From Mangrovibacterium sp. (lineage in GTDB: Bacteria > Bacteroidota > Bacteroidia > Bacteroidales > Prolixibacteraceae): a stretch of 64,000 nt of DNA. Of the stretch, positions 1 through 7,882 are shown piece after piece. A program made the translations under genes and the position numbers. The DNA is taken from positions 29 to 64,028 of the forward strand of contig JBKECD010000022.1 in NCBI GenBank assembly GCA_047974225.1. The letters run 5' to 3'. Each line of letters opens with the position of its first letter. Positions within the stretch are counted from its first letter, which is position 1. Under the pieces are notes generated by a model. The model did no database searches and was not told the origin of the DNA. It worked only from the letters and a program-made list of their open reading frames with translations.

Positions 1-182
1 TTATCGACAAAGTCGCCATTTTCGAGGAGGTCTTGCGGATAATATCCACAGACTGCCAGTTCCGAGAACACGGCTAGTTCTGCGCCTTGCGCTTTAGCGT
101 TTTCAATGGCATCAATGATTTTCGAGGTGTTTCCCGCGAAATCACCAATGGTGTAGTTGAGTTGTGTGAGAGCTATTTTCAT
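1..182 (-). CDS. nadE: NAD+ synthase (glutamine-hydrolysing), N-terminal fragment running off the window
   Basis: Hand translation of the reverse strand from the ATG at 182-180 gives MKIALTQLNYTIGDFAGNTSKIIDAIENAKAQGAELAVFSELAVCGYYPQDLLENGDFVD. This is a typical start of the NadE CN-hydrolase domain. It is absent from the ORF track because the window edge truncates it. Confidence 0.7.
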   Translation of the reverse strand, partial: MKIALTQLNYTIGDFAGNTSKIIDAIENAKAQGAELAVFSELAVCGYYPQDLLENGDFVD

Positions 183-207
183 GGTTGTGGGGGGTTGGGG
201 TGCAAAG

Positions 208-1086
208 TTATAATTTCAATTTTGAAAAGTATTCAACTTCGGGTTCTTTTGCCACAAACAATTCGAGTTGCTTTGGTGTATTGAACCCTTGTATTTTTGA
301 TTTATATTTTGCAGCTATGCTTAAATCGTCTATTTCTTTTTTTCTGCGCACGCTGATTTCTAAAAAATTTTCTTCTGTGTCAATGCCTAGGAATCTTCGG
401 TCTGCCAAGTTTGCTGCAATTCCTGTTGTGCTACTTCCTGCAAAAGGATCTAAAATCCACGCCCCTTTCTTAGTTGAAGCTAAGATTATCCGAGTGAGTA
501 CCGACAAAGGTTTTTGCGTGGGATGCTTTGTGCATGATTTTTCCCACGGAGCAATGGCGGGCAAAGTCCACACATCTTTCATTTGTTTTCCGCCATTTAG
601 TTCTTTCATCAATTCGTAGTTAAAATAATGAGGCACCTTTTCACACTTTCTAGCCCAAATAATCAGTTCGGTTGAATGGGTGAAATATCGGCATGAGAAA
701 TTGGGAGGAGGATTAGTTTTCTCCCAAGTGATTACATTCAGAATTTTAAATCCTAGCTCCGTAAGAATCTGCCCGACGCTAAAAATATTGTGCATCGTGC
801 CACTGATCCAGATTGTGGCATTTTCTTTCATCTTATCACGAGCTAAACTTAACCATTTTCGGTTAAAGTCATTTACAAAATCAAAGCCTTGCGACTTATC
901 CCAATCACCTTTATTTACTGACACAACTTTTCCGTTCTCAATGGTCAGTCCCCCATTTGAAAGGAAATATGGAGGGTCGGCAAAGACCATGTCAAACTTG
1001 TGTTCAAACTGCGGAAGCAACTCAAACGAATCACCATGAAGGAGGGTGAAGTTTTTATCTGAGGATTTGAAGTAAGGGGTAATCAT
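208..1086 (-). CDS. Site-specific DNA methyltransferase, beta-class N6-adenine/N4-cytosine (DpnA/M.MboIB-like)
   Basis: The catalytic motif FADPPYFLS lies N-terminal to the AdoMet motif ILDPFAGSSTTG. Motif IV before motif I is the beta-class order. The start codon is 2 bp after the upstream ORF. Confidence 0.85.
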   Translation of the reverse strand: MITPYFKSSDKNFTLLHGDSFELLPQFEHKFDMVFADPPYFLSNGGLTIENGKVVSVNKGDWDKSQGFDFVNDFNRKWLSLARDKMKENATIWISGTMHNIFSVGQILTELGFKILNVITWEKTNPPPNFSCRYFTHSTELIIWARKCEKVPHYFNYELMKELNGGKQMKDVWTLPAIAPWEKSCTKHPTQKPLSVLTRIILASTKKGAWILDPFAGSSTTGIAANLADRRFLGIDTEENFLEISVRRKKEIDDLSIAAKYKSKIQGFNTPKQLELFVAKEPEVEYFSKLKL

Positions 1087-1088
1087 TG

Positions 1089-1622
1089 TTATTCAGGCAA
1101 GCCAAGCCATTTCAAAGGGATGTTATTAAATTGATAGTGGCAGTTCATGCTGTCGATGTATTCCAAAGTGTCCTTATATGAGTCATGCTTAAACCAATCA
1201 TTCAGCACATACACATATTCCACTTTCCAGTTTAATTTTTTCACTAATTTTGAATATTGCTTACGCTTAAAATCGCACGTTTGCAGTTTTTCATCAACAG
1301 ATCCTGCCACTTTCTGAAACTTTATTTCAATGATAAATAGGGTATCTCTCACTATTACAAACAGACCATTGTCGGGCAATAATTGTTTCGAGAGGTGTTC
1401 TTTCCAATCAATTCCATACTCCTCCAGAAAGCGATAAAACTCATGTTTCTTAAAGCACCGAGCAACTTCTTTTCCTAAATATTGGATCTTACTTCCCGAC
1501 TTATTTTTGGTTTTGCTCACCGTATAGCCTTCAATTTTCTCAAAAAGAGAGAGCAAATCGACACGCTCTTCAAAGCGTAAACCTGTTATTGTGTTTCCTC
1601 CACCTGTTCCTCCACTAATCAT
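1089..1622 (-). CDS. Putative PD-(D/E)xK restriction endonuclease, 177 aa
   Basis: Contains LLPDNGLFVIVRDTLFIIEIKFQK, which fits a PD...ExK pattern. It sits between two methyltransferase genes with gaps of 2 and 19 bp. I recognise no other domain. Confidence 0.5.
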   Translation of the reverse strand: MISGGTGGGNTITGLRFEERVDLLSLFEKIEGYTVSKTKNKSGSKIQYLGKEVARCFKKHEFYRFLEEYGIDWKEHLSKQLLPDNGLFVIVRDTLFIIEIKFQKVAGSVDEKLQTCDFKRKQYSKLVKKLNWKVEYVYVLNDWFKHDSYKDTLEYIDSMNCHYQFNNIPLKWLGLPE

Positions 1623-1641
1623 GGCTTCTGTTTTTATAATT

Positions 1642-2556
1642 TCAAATTACTTCAGCATACTTCTTCGCTGAATTTTTTATTAGCAACTCTGTTAATTCTC
1701 CCCGCTTATCGGGATTTGCATTGATGCTTCTTTTGGCATTCACTCGATTAATCTGATAGTTCTTATACAGATCATCAAAGAAATTATCTTTAGGATTTTT
1801 TCCTCGCACATCAGAGTTACTTAAAATCCATTGATATCCCTGTTCATCTAATTTGTCGCAGAATCGAGCCAGCCTTATTTGCTCATCGTCATTAAACTCA
1901 TCTTTTGTATAAGAGTTGAAACTCGACGTTTCACTTAATGGCTTATACGGAGGATCAAAATAAAAAAACGTATTTCCTTGAGCTTCTTTTAGCGTATTCT
2001 CGAAATCTCCATTTAAAATGCTTACTCTTTGAAGCGAAGCATGCACAGCCGATAAATTCTCTACATCGCAGATGAGCGGTTTCTTATAGCCTCCAATCGG
2101 CACATTAAATTCATTCTTCCGGTTCACACGATACAAGCCGTTAAAGCAAGTTTTATTCAAAAAGATGAACAAGGCAGCTTGATAAAGTTCACCTGAACTT
2201 CGGCTGTTAAAAAGCTCCCGTTTTTGATAGTAGTACGCTTTCTTTGCTTCATTATCTTCAAGCAAGGCATGATATTCCAATTCCCAGCTTTGCAAGATTA
2301 CAATCAATTCTTCAACTTTATTTTGAATGGTTTTATAGGTGCCGATTAAATCCGTATTGATATCATTAATAACCACATTGCCCAATTTCGGATAGTGGTT
2401 TAAAACGTGAAACAGCATAGCTCCACCTCCAACAAATGGTTCAATATAGGTGGCGTGTGCTCCTCCAAAGTTCTTAGGCATTGCTTGCTCAATTATTTTA
2501 ATTAATTGAGTCTTTCCACCAGCCCACTTCACAAATGGTTTTGCTTTTTTTGTCAT
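1642..2556 (-). CDS. Dam-family (D12 class, alpha) DNA N6-adenine methyltransferase
   Basis: N-terminal PFVKWAGGKTQLI, the AdoMet motif EPFVGGGA, and the catalytic motif FYFDPPY near the C-terminal third. Confidence 0.9.
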   Translation of the reverse strand: MTKKAKPFVKWAGGKTQLIKIIEQAMPKNFGGAHATYIEPFVGGGAMLFHVLNHYPKLGNVVINDINTDLIGTYKTIQNKVEELIVILQSWELEYHALLEDNEAKKAYYYQKRELFNSRSSGELYQAALFIFLNKTCFNGLYRVNRKNEFNVPIGGYKKPLICDVENLSAVHASLQRVSILNGDFENTLKEAQGNTFFYFDPPYKPLSETSSFNSYTKDEFNDDEQIRLARFCDKLDEQGYQWILSNSDVRGKNPKDNFFDDLYKNYQINRVNAKRSINANPDKRGELTELLIKNSAKKYAEVI

Positions 2557-2570
2557 GATACGTAGGGTTG

Positions 2571-3554
2571 TTAGTGCAAAGCTGCCTGTTTTTTTCTAAT
2601 TAATATTCTAAAATATGGGCATTTCCCATTTATGGCTAAATCCTTACCGTCATTTCCCTTTCTGAATTTGATTATCTCAAATTGGTTAGGATTGAATTTG
2701 TGCAAGAATGTTATCGGCACTCCCATCGACCCTTTGTAGTCTTTGGGAATATCCTGTGTTTTATTGACATTAATGCCATCGTAATTGTCGTATTTTTGAT
2801 ATTTAGCTTCGTTTCCAGTGTGTTTTTTGGTGAGTTCAATATCTTCGTGTCGTTTGGAAGTATCGAGGTTTGTTAGCCACAAGCAATTGTTTGGAGAAAC
2901 TATTCTGTTTCCAGAGCCATCAATCCGAGCTTCTGTGCCATAAAGTTCATAGTACTCAGGGACAATAAATCCAGAGATACCTCTGCCCATATTTATACCT
3001 AGCCACACCTTGTTTTCTTTGATTAGTTTGAAGATTTCTTTATATGTTATTGCATTAATATTGCCAATTATCAGAAACTTTTTATCGTGTTTAACTAGTT
3101 GGGCAACATGCTCTCTAAATAATGAAAAGGGAGGGTTGGTTACCACAATATCCGCTTGTTTTAGTAGCTCTACACTTTCAGAGCTTCGGAAATCACCATC
3201 GCCATTAAAATAAACAATGTCTGTGGAACTTGGGTTGCTTGTTTCTCCCTCCTTGCCTGTGTATTCACAGTAAAATCCTCTTTCCTGCTCTGCCGTGGTG
3301 AATAAGTCTATTACTTGTTCTTGATAGCAGGCAGCAATTAATTTTTGAAGTCCTAATCTCTTGAAGTTTGCAGCAAAATATCGGAAGAAATTACTCGAGC
3401 GAGGGTCATCGCAATTGCAATAGACCACTTTATTCTTAAAGTGGCTTTGGTAATGTTGCAATTCGCTTTCGATATCAGAAAGCTGAGTGTAAAACTCATC
3501 GCTTTTTGACTTCTTCGCTTTCTGCAATAATTCATTTGTTGCGTTTCTTGCCAT
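2571..3554 (-). CDS. Adenine-specific DNA methyltransferase, EcoRI-methylase-like family
   Basis: Catalytic motif VVTNPPFSLF. The N-terminal signature DEFYTQLSDIESEL...YCNCDDP matches what I recall for the EcoRI_methylase family. Confidence 0.7.
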   Translation of the reverse strand: MARNATNELLQKAKKSKSDEFYTQLSDIESELQHYQSHFKNKVVYCNCDDPRSSNFFRYFAANFKRLGLQKLIAACYQEQVIDLFTTAEQERGFYCEYTGKEGETSNPSSTDIVYFNGDGDFRSSESVELLKQADIVVTNPPFSLFREHVAQLVKHDKKFLIIGNINAITYKEIFKLIKENKVWLGINMGRGISGFIVPEYYELYGTEARIDGSGNRIVSPNNCLWLTNLDTSKRHEDIELTKKHTGNEAKYQKYDNYDGINVNKTQDIPKDYKGSMGVPITFLHKFNPNQFEIIKFRKGNDGKDLAINGKCPYFRILIRKKQAALH

Positions 3555-3592
3555 TTACTTAAGTATATTTTTCTCCATAGCATTATTCCTCC

Positions 3593-4267
3593 TTAAAACA
3601 CAAAGCTCATCTGCAAAGCCAAGGTTTTAGTTGTTGTTTTATCGCCAAGGTTAGTTTTGATGGTTTCAAGGAAGCCGTTTTTATAGACTAATCCCAATCG
3701 GATGGCGTTGTTTTCGCCGAGGTCATATTCGCCACCGATGCCGATGTTGAGCCCCATGTTGAAGATGCGCACATCTTTGTTGATGTTATTTTTTTCGAGT
3801 TGCTCGTCGCTGGTGCTTGCGCGGGCATCGACATTCCACGCCGTGAACAGTCCGAATTGCCCCCAAAGGGTGGTGCGGTCGAACTGCTTCGAGCGCAAGC
3901 GAAAGGCAATCGGCACTTCGAGGTATTTCAAGCGATAGTCCACTTCTAGCTCGGTGTTGGCAGTGTAGTCTATTCCACCAATCGAGAAGTCATGGTTTGG
4001 ATTATATGCCACTTTGGTGTTGAGATTGGAGATGATAATCCCCGTGGTAACGGCATATTTATCGTTGTGGTCGATGAAGAAATCTGCATTGATGCCATAG
4101 TCAAAGCCCATGCCTGTTTTTGATTTCTCGGCATCACTTCCGCCCACCGAAAGCCAGTTGAGCGTGGGATTAAAAGAAAGACTGAGTGCCATGCTTCGCT
4201 CATTCTGAGCGGTGGCGGTTTGGTTGATAATCAATATTGTCAGTAGAACAAATGCGATGCGTTTCAT
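3593..4267 (-). CDS. Outer-membrane beta-barrel protein (PorT-like family)
   Basis: Signal peptide MKRIAFVLLTILIINQTATAQ, alternating beta-strand pattern, and C-terminal ...LALQMSFVF ending in an aromatic residue. Confidence 0.7.
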   Translation of the reverse strand: MKRIAFVLLTILIINQTATAQNERSMALSLSFNPTLNWLSVGGSDAEKSKTGMGFDYGINADFFIDHNDKYAVTTGIIISNLNTKVAYNPNHDFSIGGIDYTANTELEVDYRLKYLEVPIAFRLRSKQFDRTTLWGQFGLFTAWNVDARASTSDEQLEKNNINKDVRIFNMGLNIGIGGEYDLGENNAIRLGLVYKNGFLETIKTNLGDKTTTKTLALQMSFVF

Positions 4268-4449
4268 GATATGTATGTATGTATTGTCTATTCTGCAAAA
4301 GTAGTGAATTATCTCTTAGTGTGGGCTGTATTCCTAAATTTCCTTGCTCATGTCGGTTTTAATGCCCTTTATACGATTTCTCTGTCTATACAAGCTGTTT
4401 TTTTGCAATTCTCAATATATTCGCCACGAAAGCTTATTCAAATTAAACC

Positions 4450-5880
4450 CTAATTCTCCCTTTTCGAACTCATCAACAGCCCCACAAAAGTTATCCCTGC
4501 ATTCAAAATCAGCAGTTCAAAGCCGAACACATAGCCATTAAACCACGCCACAGAATTTGCGCTCAACAGATAGCAGATGAGGGGCGAAGCGATGCAGATA
4601 TAGGGCACTAGTTTATCGTTGGGCTGTCGCTTGGTGGTGAGTCCGAAGGCAAACAAGCCGAGCAATGGACCATAAGTATAGCCCACGGCTTTAAACACGG
4701 CTGTAACCACACTTTGGTTGTTCAGCAGTTGAAACACCATGATGACAAGAAAGATGAGCATCGAAAAGCCGAAGTGCACCAGTGTGCGCATGCGTGTGCT
4801 GTTTTCTTTCTTCGGAAGAAAATCCACACAAAAAGAAGTGGTGAGGGCAGTGATGGCGGAGTCGGCACTCGAATAGGCAGCAGCCAAGATGCCGAGCAAG
4901 AACAGCACCCCCGCAAAAGTGCCGAAATATTCCACCGCCAAGAGCGGAAACAAATCATCGGTGCGCGAGGGGAGCGGAATGGCATTCACCTCGACATAGT
5001 GATAGAGCAGCACGCCCAAGGCGAGGAAGAAGATGTTGCTGATGATGAACGCCACGGAAAACCAATAGATGTTTTTCTTCGATTCCGAAGCGTTGCGGCA
5101 GCTGAGATTCTTCTGCATGAAATTTTGGTCAAGCCCATTGATGGCAATAGCTGTGGCGATGCCGGCAAAGAATTGCTTGAAGAAGAAATTGCCCTCACGC
5201 CAATCCCAATTGAAGATGGTGCTCCGGTCGCTTTGCGCCACCACCTGCGTCATTTCTGAAAAGCTCAGGTTGAGTTGGCGACCAATCACCACGATGGTTG
5301 CCACCACAGCAGCGAGGATGAAGAAAGTCTGCAAAGTGTCAGTCCACACCACCGTTTTGATGCCCGCCTTTCGGGTGTAGAGCCAAATGGCGAAAAGGGT
5401 GATGAGCACGGTGAGCCAAAAGGGAATGCCGAGACGGTCGAAGAAAGTGAGTTGCAGCACACCAGCGGCAAGAAACAAGCGAAAGGAAGCCCCGATGGTC
5501 TGCGAAAGCAGAAAGAATGAAGCTCCTGTTTTATAGGCACGCTTGCCGAAACGCTGCGCCAGATAGCCATAAATCGACACCAAGTTGAGCCGATAGCACA
5601 TCGGGATCAGCACCGCCGCAATCACCCAATAGCCAATCATGTTGCCGAGCAGATATTGCAGATAGTTCCACGCCGAATTGCCCACCTCGCCCGGCACCGA
5701 GATGAAAGTAACGCCCGAGATGGTCGAACCAATCATGCCCCACGCCACCAGATACCATGGCGAGTTGCGATTGCCGGTGAAGAAGCTTTCAGCATCTCCA
5801 CGGCGTGAGGTGAGATAGGAAATGAGCAGCAGCAAGGCAAAAAAGCTTGCAATAACAAAGGCGATGAGGGAGGTGGTCAT
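4450..5880 (-). CDS. Sodium:solute symporter family transporter
   Basis: 476 aa and polytopic. The N-terminus ...FFTGNRNSPWYLVAWGMIGSTISGVTFISVPGEVG is typical of the SSF family. Confidence 0.85.
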   Translation of the reverse strand: MTTSLIAFVIASFFALLLLISYLTSRRGDAESFFTGNRNSPWYLVAWGMIGSTISGVTFISVPGEVGNSAWNYLQYLLGNMIGYWVIAAVLIPMCYRLNLVSIYGYLAQRFGKRAYKTGASFFLLSQTIGASFRLFLAAGVLQLTFFDRLGIPFWLTVLITLFAIWLYTRKAGIKTVVWTDTLQTFFILAAVVATIVVIGRQLNLSFSEMTQVVAQSDRSTIFNWDWREGNFFFKQFFAGIATAIAINGLDQNFMQKNLSCRNASESKKNIYWFSVAFIISNIFFLALGVLLYHYVEVNAIPLPSRTDDLFPLLAVEYFGTFAGVLFLLGILAAAYSSADSAITALTTSFCVDFLPKKENSTRMRTLVHFGFSMLIFLVIMVFQLLNNQSVVTAVFKAVGYTYGPLLGLFAFGLTTKRQPNDKLVPYICIASPLICYLLSANSVAWFNGYVFGFELLILNAGITFVGLLMSSKREN

Positions 5881-5929
5881 GAGAATGGAGAATGGAGAAT
5901 GGAGAATGGAGAGTTGAGAATGGAGAGTT
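5881..5929. repeat. Heptanucleotide tandem repeat: (GAGAATG)x4, then GAGAGTT, GAGAATG, GAGAGTT
   Basis: Read directly from the sequence. The repeat fills the entire gap between the stop of ORF 5928..6791 and the ATG of the symporter gene at 5880. Confidence 0.9.
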
Positions 5930-6791
5930 AATTAGCATACTCATATTCTCGCTCATAAATATATCTCGGGATTCCATTCTTAAACTCTATTTTTTTCACC
6001 CAATTATTGTGAGTGTCGTATTCATATTTGTAAGAAGTTTCCGTACGGTCTAAGCTACCATCAAAATCATATATTTTATTCCCCTTTTCGTCATATTTGT
6101 AAGTCCTCTTCCAGTCTAAGCTACCATCAGAATTATAGCGAGCATCTTCTATTTCATTCCCCTTTTCGTCATATTTGTAAATACTCTTCCAGTATAAACT
6201 ACCATCAGAATTATAGTACGATCCTTCTATGTGATTCCCCTTTTCGTCATATTTTAAAATAATCTTCCCGTCTAAACTACCATCAGAATTATAGTAAGCT
6301 CCTTCTATTGCATTCCCCTTTTCGTCATATTTGTAAGTCCTCTTCCAGTCTAAGCTACCATCAGAATTATAGCGAGCATCTTCTATTGCATTCCCCTTTT
6401 CGTCATATTTGTAAATACTCTTCCAGTATAAACTACCATCAGAATTATAGCGAGCATCTTCTATTTGATTCCCCTTTTCGTCATATTTTAAAATAATCTT
6501 CTCGTCTAAACTACCATCAGAATTATAGTAAGCTCCTTCTATTGCATTCCCCATGGAATTAAATAGAAGAAGTGATTTTCCGCTTCGGTTGCCCTTTTCA
6601 ATATTTCCGAACTTGTCTATGGCTTCGTATGAGGACTCGGAATAAGAAATGACTTCACCCTTTAAGTCGAGTCTTGTTCTGTCGTTTTTTACTTTATTGT
6701 CGGAGCATGCCAAGACAATTGATAGGATGAAAAAAGATGCGATGAATTTGATTTTTTGTTGCATAACTACGATTTTAGTTGTGATTTGCAC
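5928..6791 (-). CDS. YD/RHS-type repeat lipoprotein
   Basis: Lipobox-like ...SIVLACSD. Six 25-aa repeats of the form xxYNSDGSLxxKxxxKYDEKGNxIEx match the YD-repeat pattern (Y-x-YD-x-x-GN). Confidence 0.7.
   Translation of the reverse strand: MQITTKIVVMQQKIKFIASFFILSIVLACSDNKVKNDRTRLDLKGEVISYSESSYEAIDKFGNIEKGNRSGKSLLLFNSMGNAIEGAYYNSDGSLDEKIILKYDEKGNQIEDARYNSDGSLYWKSIYKYDEKGNAIEDARYNSDGSLDWKRTYKYDEKGNAIEGAYYNSDGSLDGKIILKYDEKGNHIEGSYYNSDGSLYWKSIYKYDEKGNEIEDARYNSDGSLDWKRTYKYDEKGNKIYDFDGSLDRTETSYKYEYDTHNNWVKKIEFKNGIPRYIYEREYEYAN
6059..6545. repeat. 75-bp tandem repeats (six units) arranged as two 225-bp A-B-C super-units inside the YD-repeat gene
   Basis: The protein repeats carry KIILKYDEKGN, LYWKSIYKYDEKGN and LDWKRTYKYDEKGN in the order A-B-C-A-B-C. 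The DNA shows long near-identical stretches. Confidence 0.85.
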
Positions 6792-7090
6792 ACCGTGTGC
6801 AAGTGCAAATGTAATTATTTTCGATTAAAAAAGGAGAGCAGGAATATTTTGGGCAGGGGATATTTTGGGGATCTGAATAAATATGCGGATTTTTTCTGAT
6901 GCTTTTTTCATCCAGTTTGTAGGGGAAGAGCTGATATCTTTGTAGCAAAAGCACAACATCATCTCAGGTAGCCCCATAGGGGCGACATCTTGTTAGCCCA
7001 CGATTTTAATCGTGGGGACACCCACAAATTATCAGGTTCGCAGGAAAAATCAGGCAATCCCCAAAGGCGCTCGTACCGATTGGAACAACA

Positions 7091-7122
7091 AAAGCCCCTA
7101 ATCCGATAGAATTAGAGGCTTT
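7091..7122. terminator. Bidirectional intrinsic terminator downstream of rpmA
   Basis: aaagcccctaat / attagaggcttt forms a 12-bp stem with one mismatch, which is G.U on the minus-strand RNA. T-runs follow on both strands. Confidence 0.7.
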
Positions 7123-7144
7123 TATTAAAATTAAATCTGATGAA

Positions 7145-7411
7145 TTAGCATACTGCTGTTGCAGGTTCTACTGACACATAAGATCTGTTGTTTCTTTTCT
7201 TTCTGAAAACAACTGTTCCATCAACCAATGCGAACAATGTGTGATCTTTACCGATACCTACATTTTCACCTGGGTTGTGCGCTGTACCACGTTGGCGAAC
7301 CAAAATGTTACCCGCTTTGCAAACTTGACCGCCGTAGATTTTCACGCCTAGTCGTTTACTTTCCGATTCGCGGCCGTTCTTCGAACTACCGACACCTTTC
7401 TTGTGAGCCAT
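7145..7411 (-). CDS. rpmA: 50S ribosomal protein L27
   Basis: [24 protein letters not shown]... is a canonical L27 N-terminus. Confidence 0.97.
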   Translation of the reverse strand: MAHKKGVGSSKNGRESESKRLGVKIYGGQVCKAGNILVRQRGTAHNPGENVGIGKDHTLFALVDGTVVFRKKRNNRSYVSVEPATAVC

Positions 7412-7429
7412 GGTCTAAATGTTTTTGGA

Positions 7430-7741
7430 TTATCCGTTAATACTTTCAATTAAAATTTGAGTCAAATACTGACGATGACCGTTTCTTTTCTTGTAGCCTT
7501 TACGACGTTTTTTCTTGAAAACAATCACTTTGTCGCCTTTTAGATGGTCAAGAACTTTGGCTGTTACTGTTGCTCCCTCCACCACTGGAGTGCCAATAGC
7601 AATAGCGCCGTCATTGTCCACTAAAAGAACTTTGTCAAATTTTACCTCGGCGCCAACTTCGGCGTCTAGGCGGTGAACATACAATTTACGGTCGGCTTCA
7701 ACACGGAATTGTTGTCCAGCAATTTCTACAATCGCGTACAT
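7430..7741 (-). CDS. rplU: 50S ribosomal protein L21
   Basis: [15 protein letters not shown]... is a canonical L21 start. The gene lies directly upstream of rpmA. Confidence 0.97.
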   Translation of the reverse strand: MYAIVEIAGQQFRVEADRKLYVHRLDAEVGAEVKFDKVLLVDNDGAIAIGTPVVEGATVTAKVLDHLKGDKVIVFKKKRRKGYKKRNGHRQYLTQILIESING

Positions 7742-7882
7742 TATAAATACAATTATAAAAGGGTTTGTCTGATAGGCGGAATTTCACTCGAAATTCACTT
7801 TTTCGAGCCCATGCAGCACTTTGAGCCTGCAAAACTAAATAATTTTATTTGATTGGCAAGCGTTTATAGTCTTTTTATCTGA

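Noticed and set aside
4714-5570. Several 70-181-aa ORFs overlapping the symporter gene on both strands.
   Set aside because: They are shadow ORFs inside a confidently identified 476-aa transporter gene, and I recognise no motifs in them.
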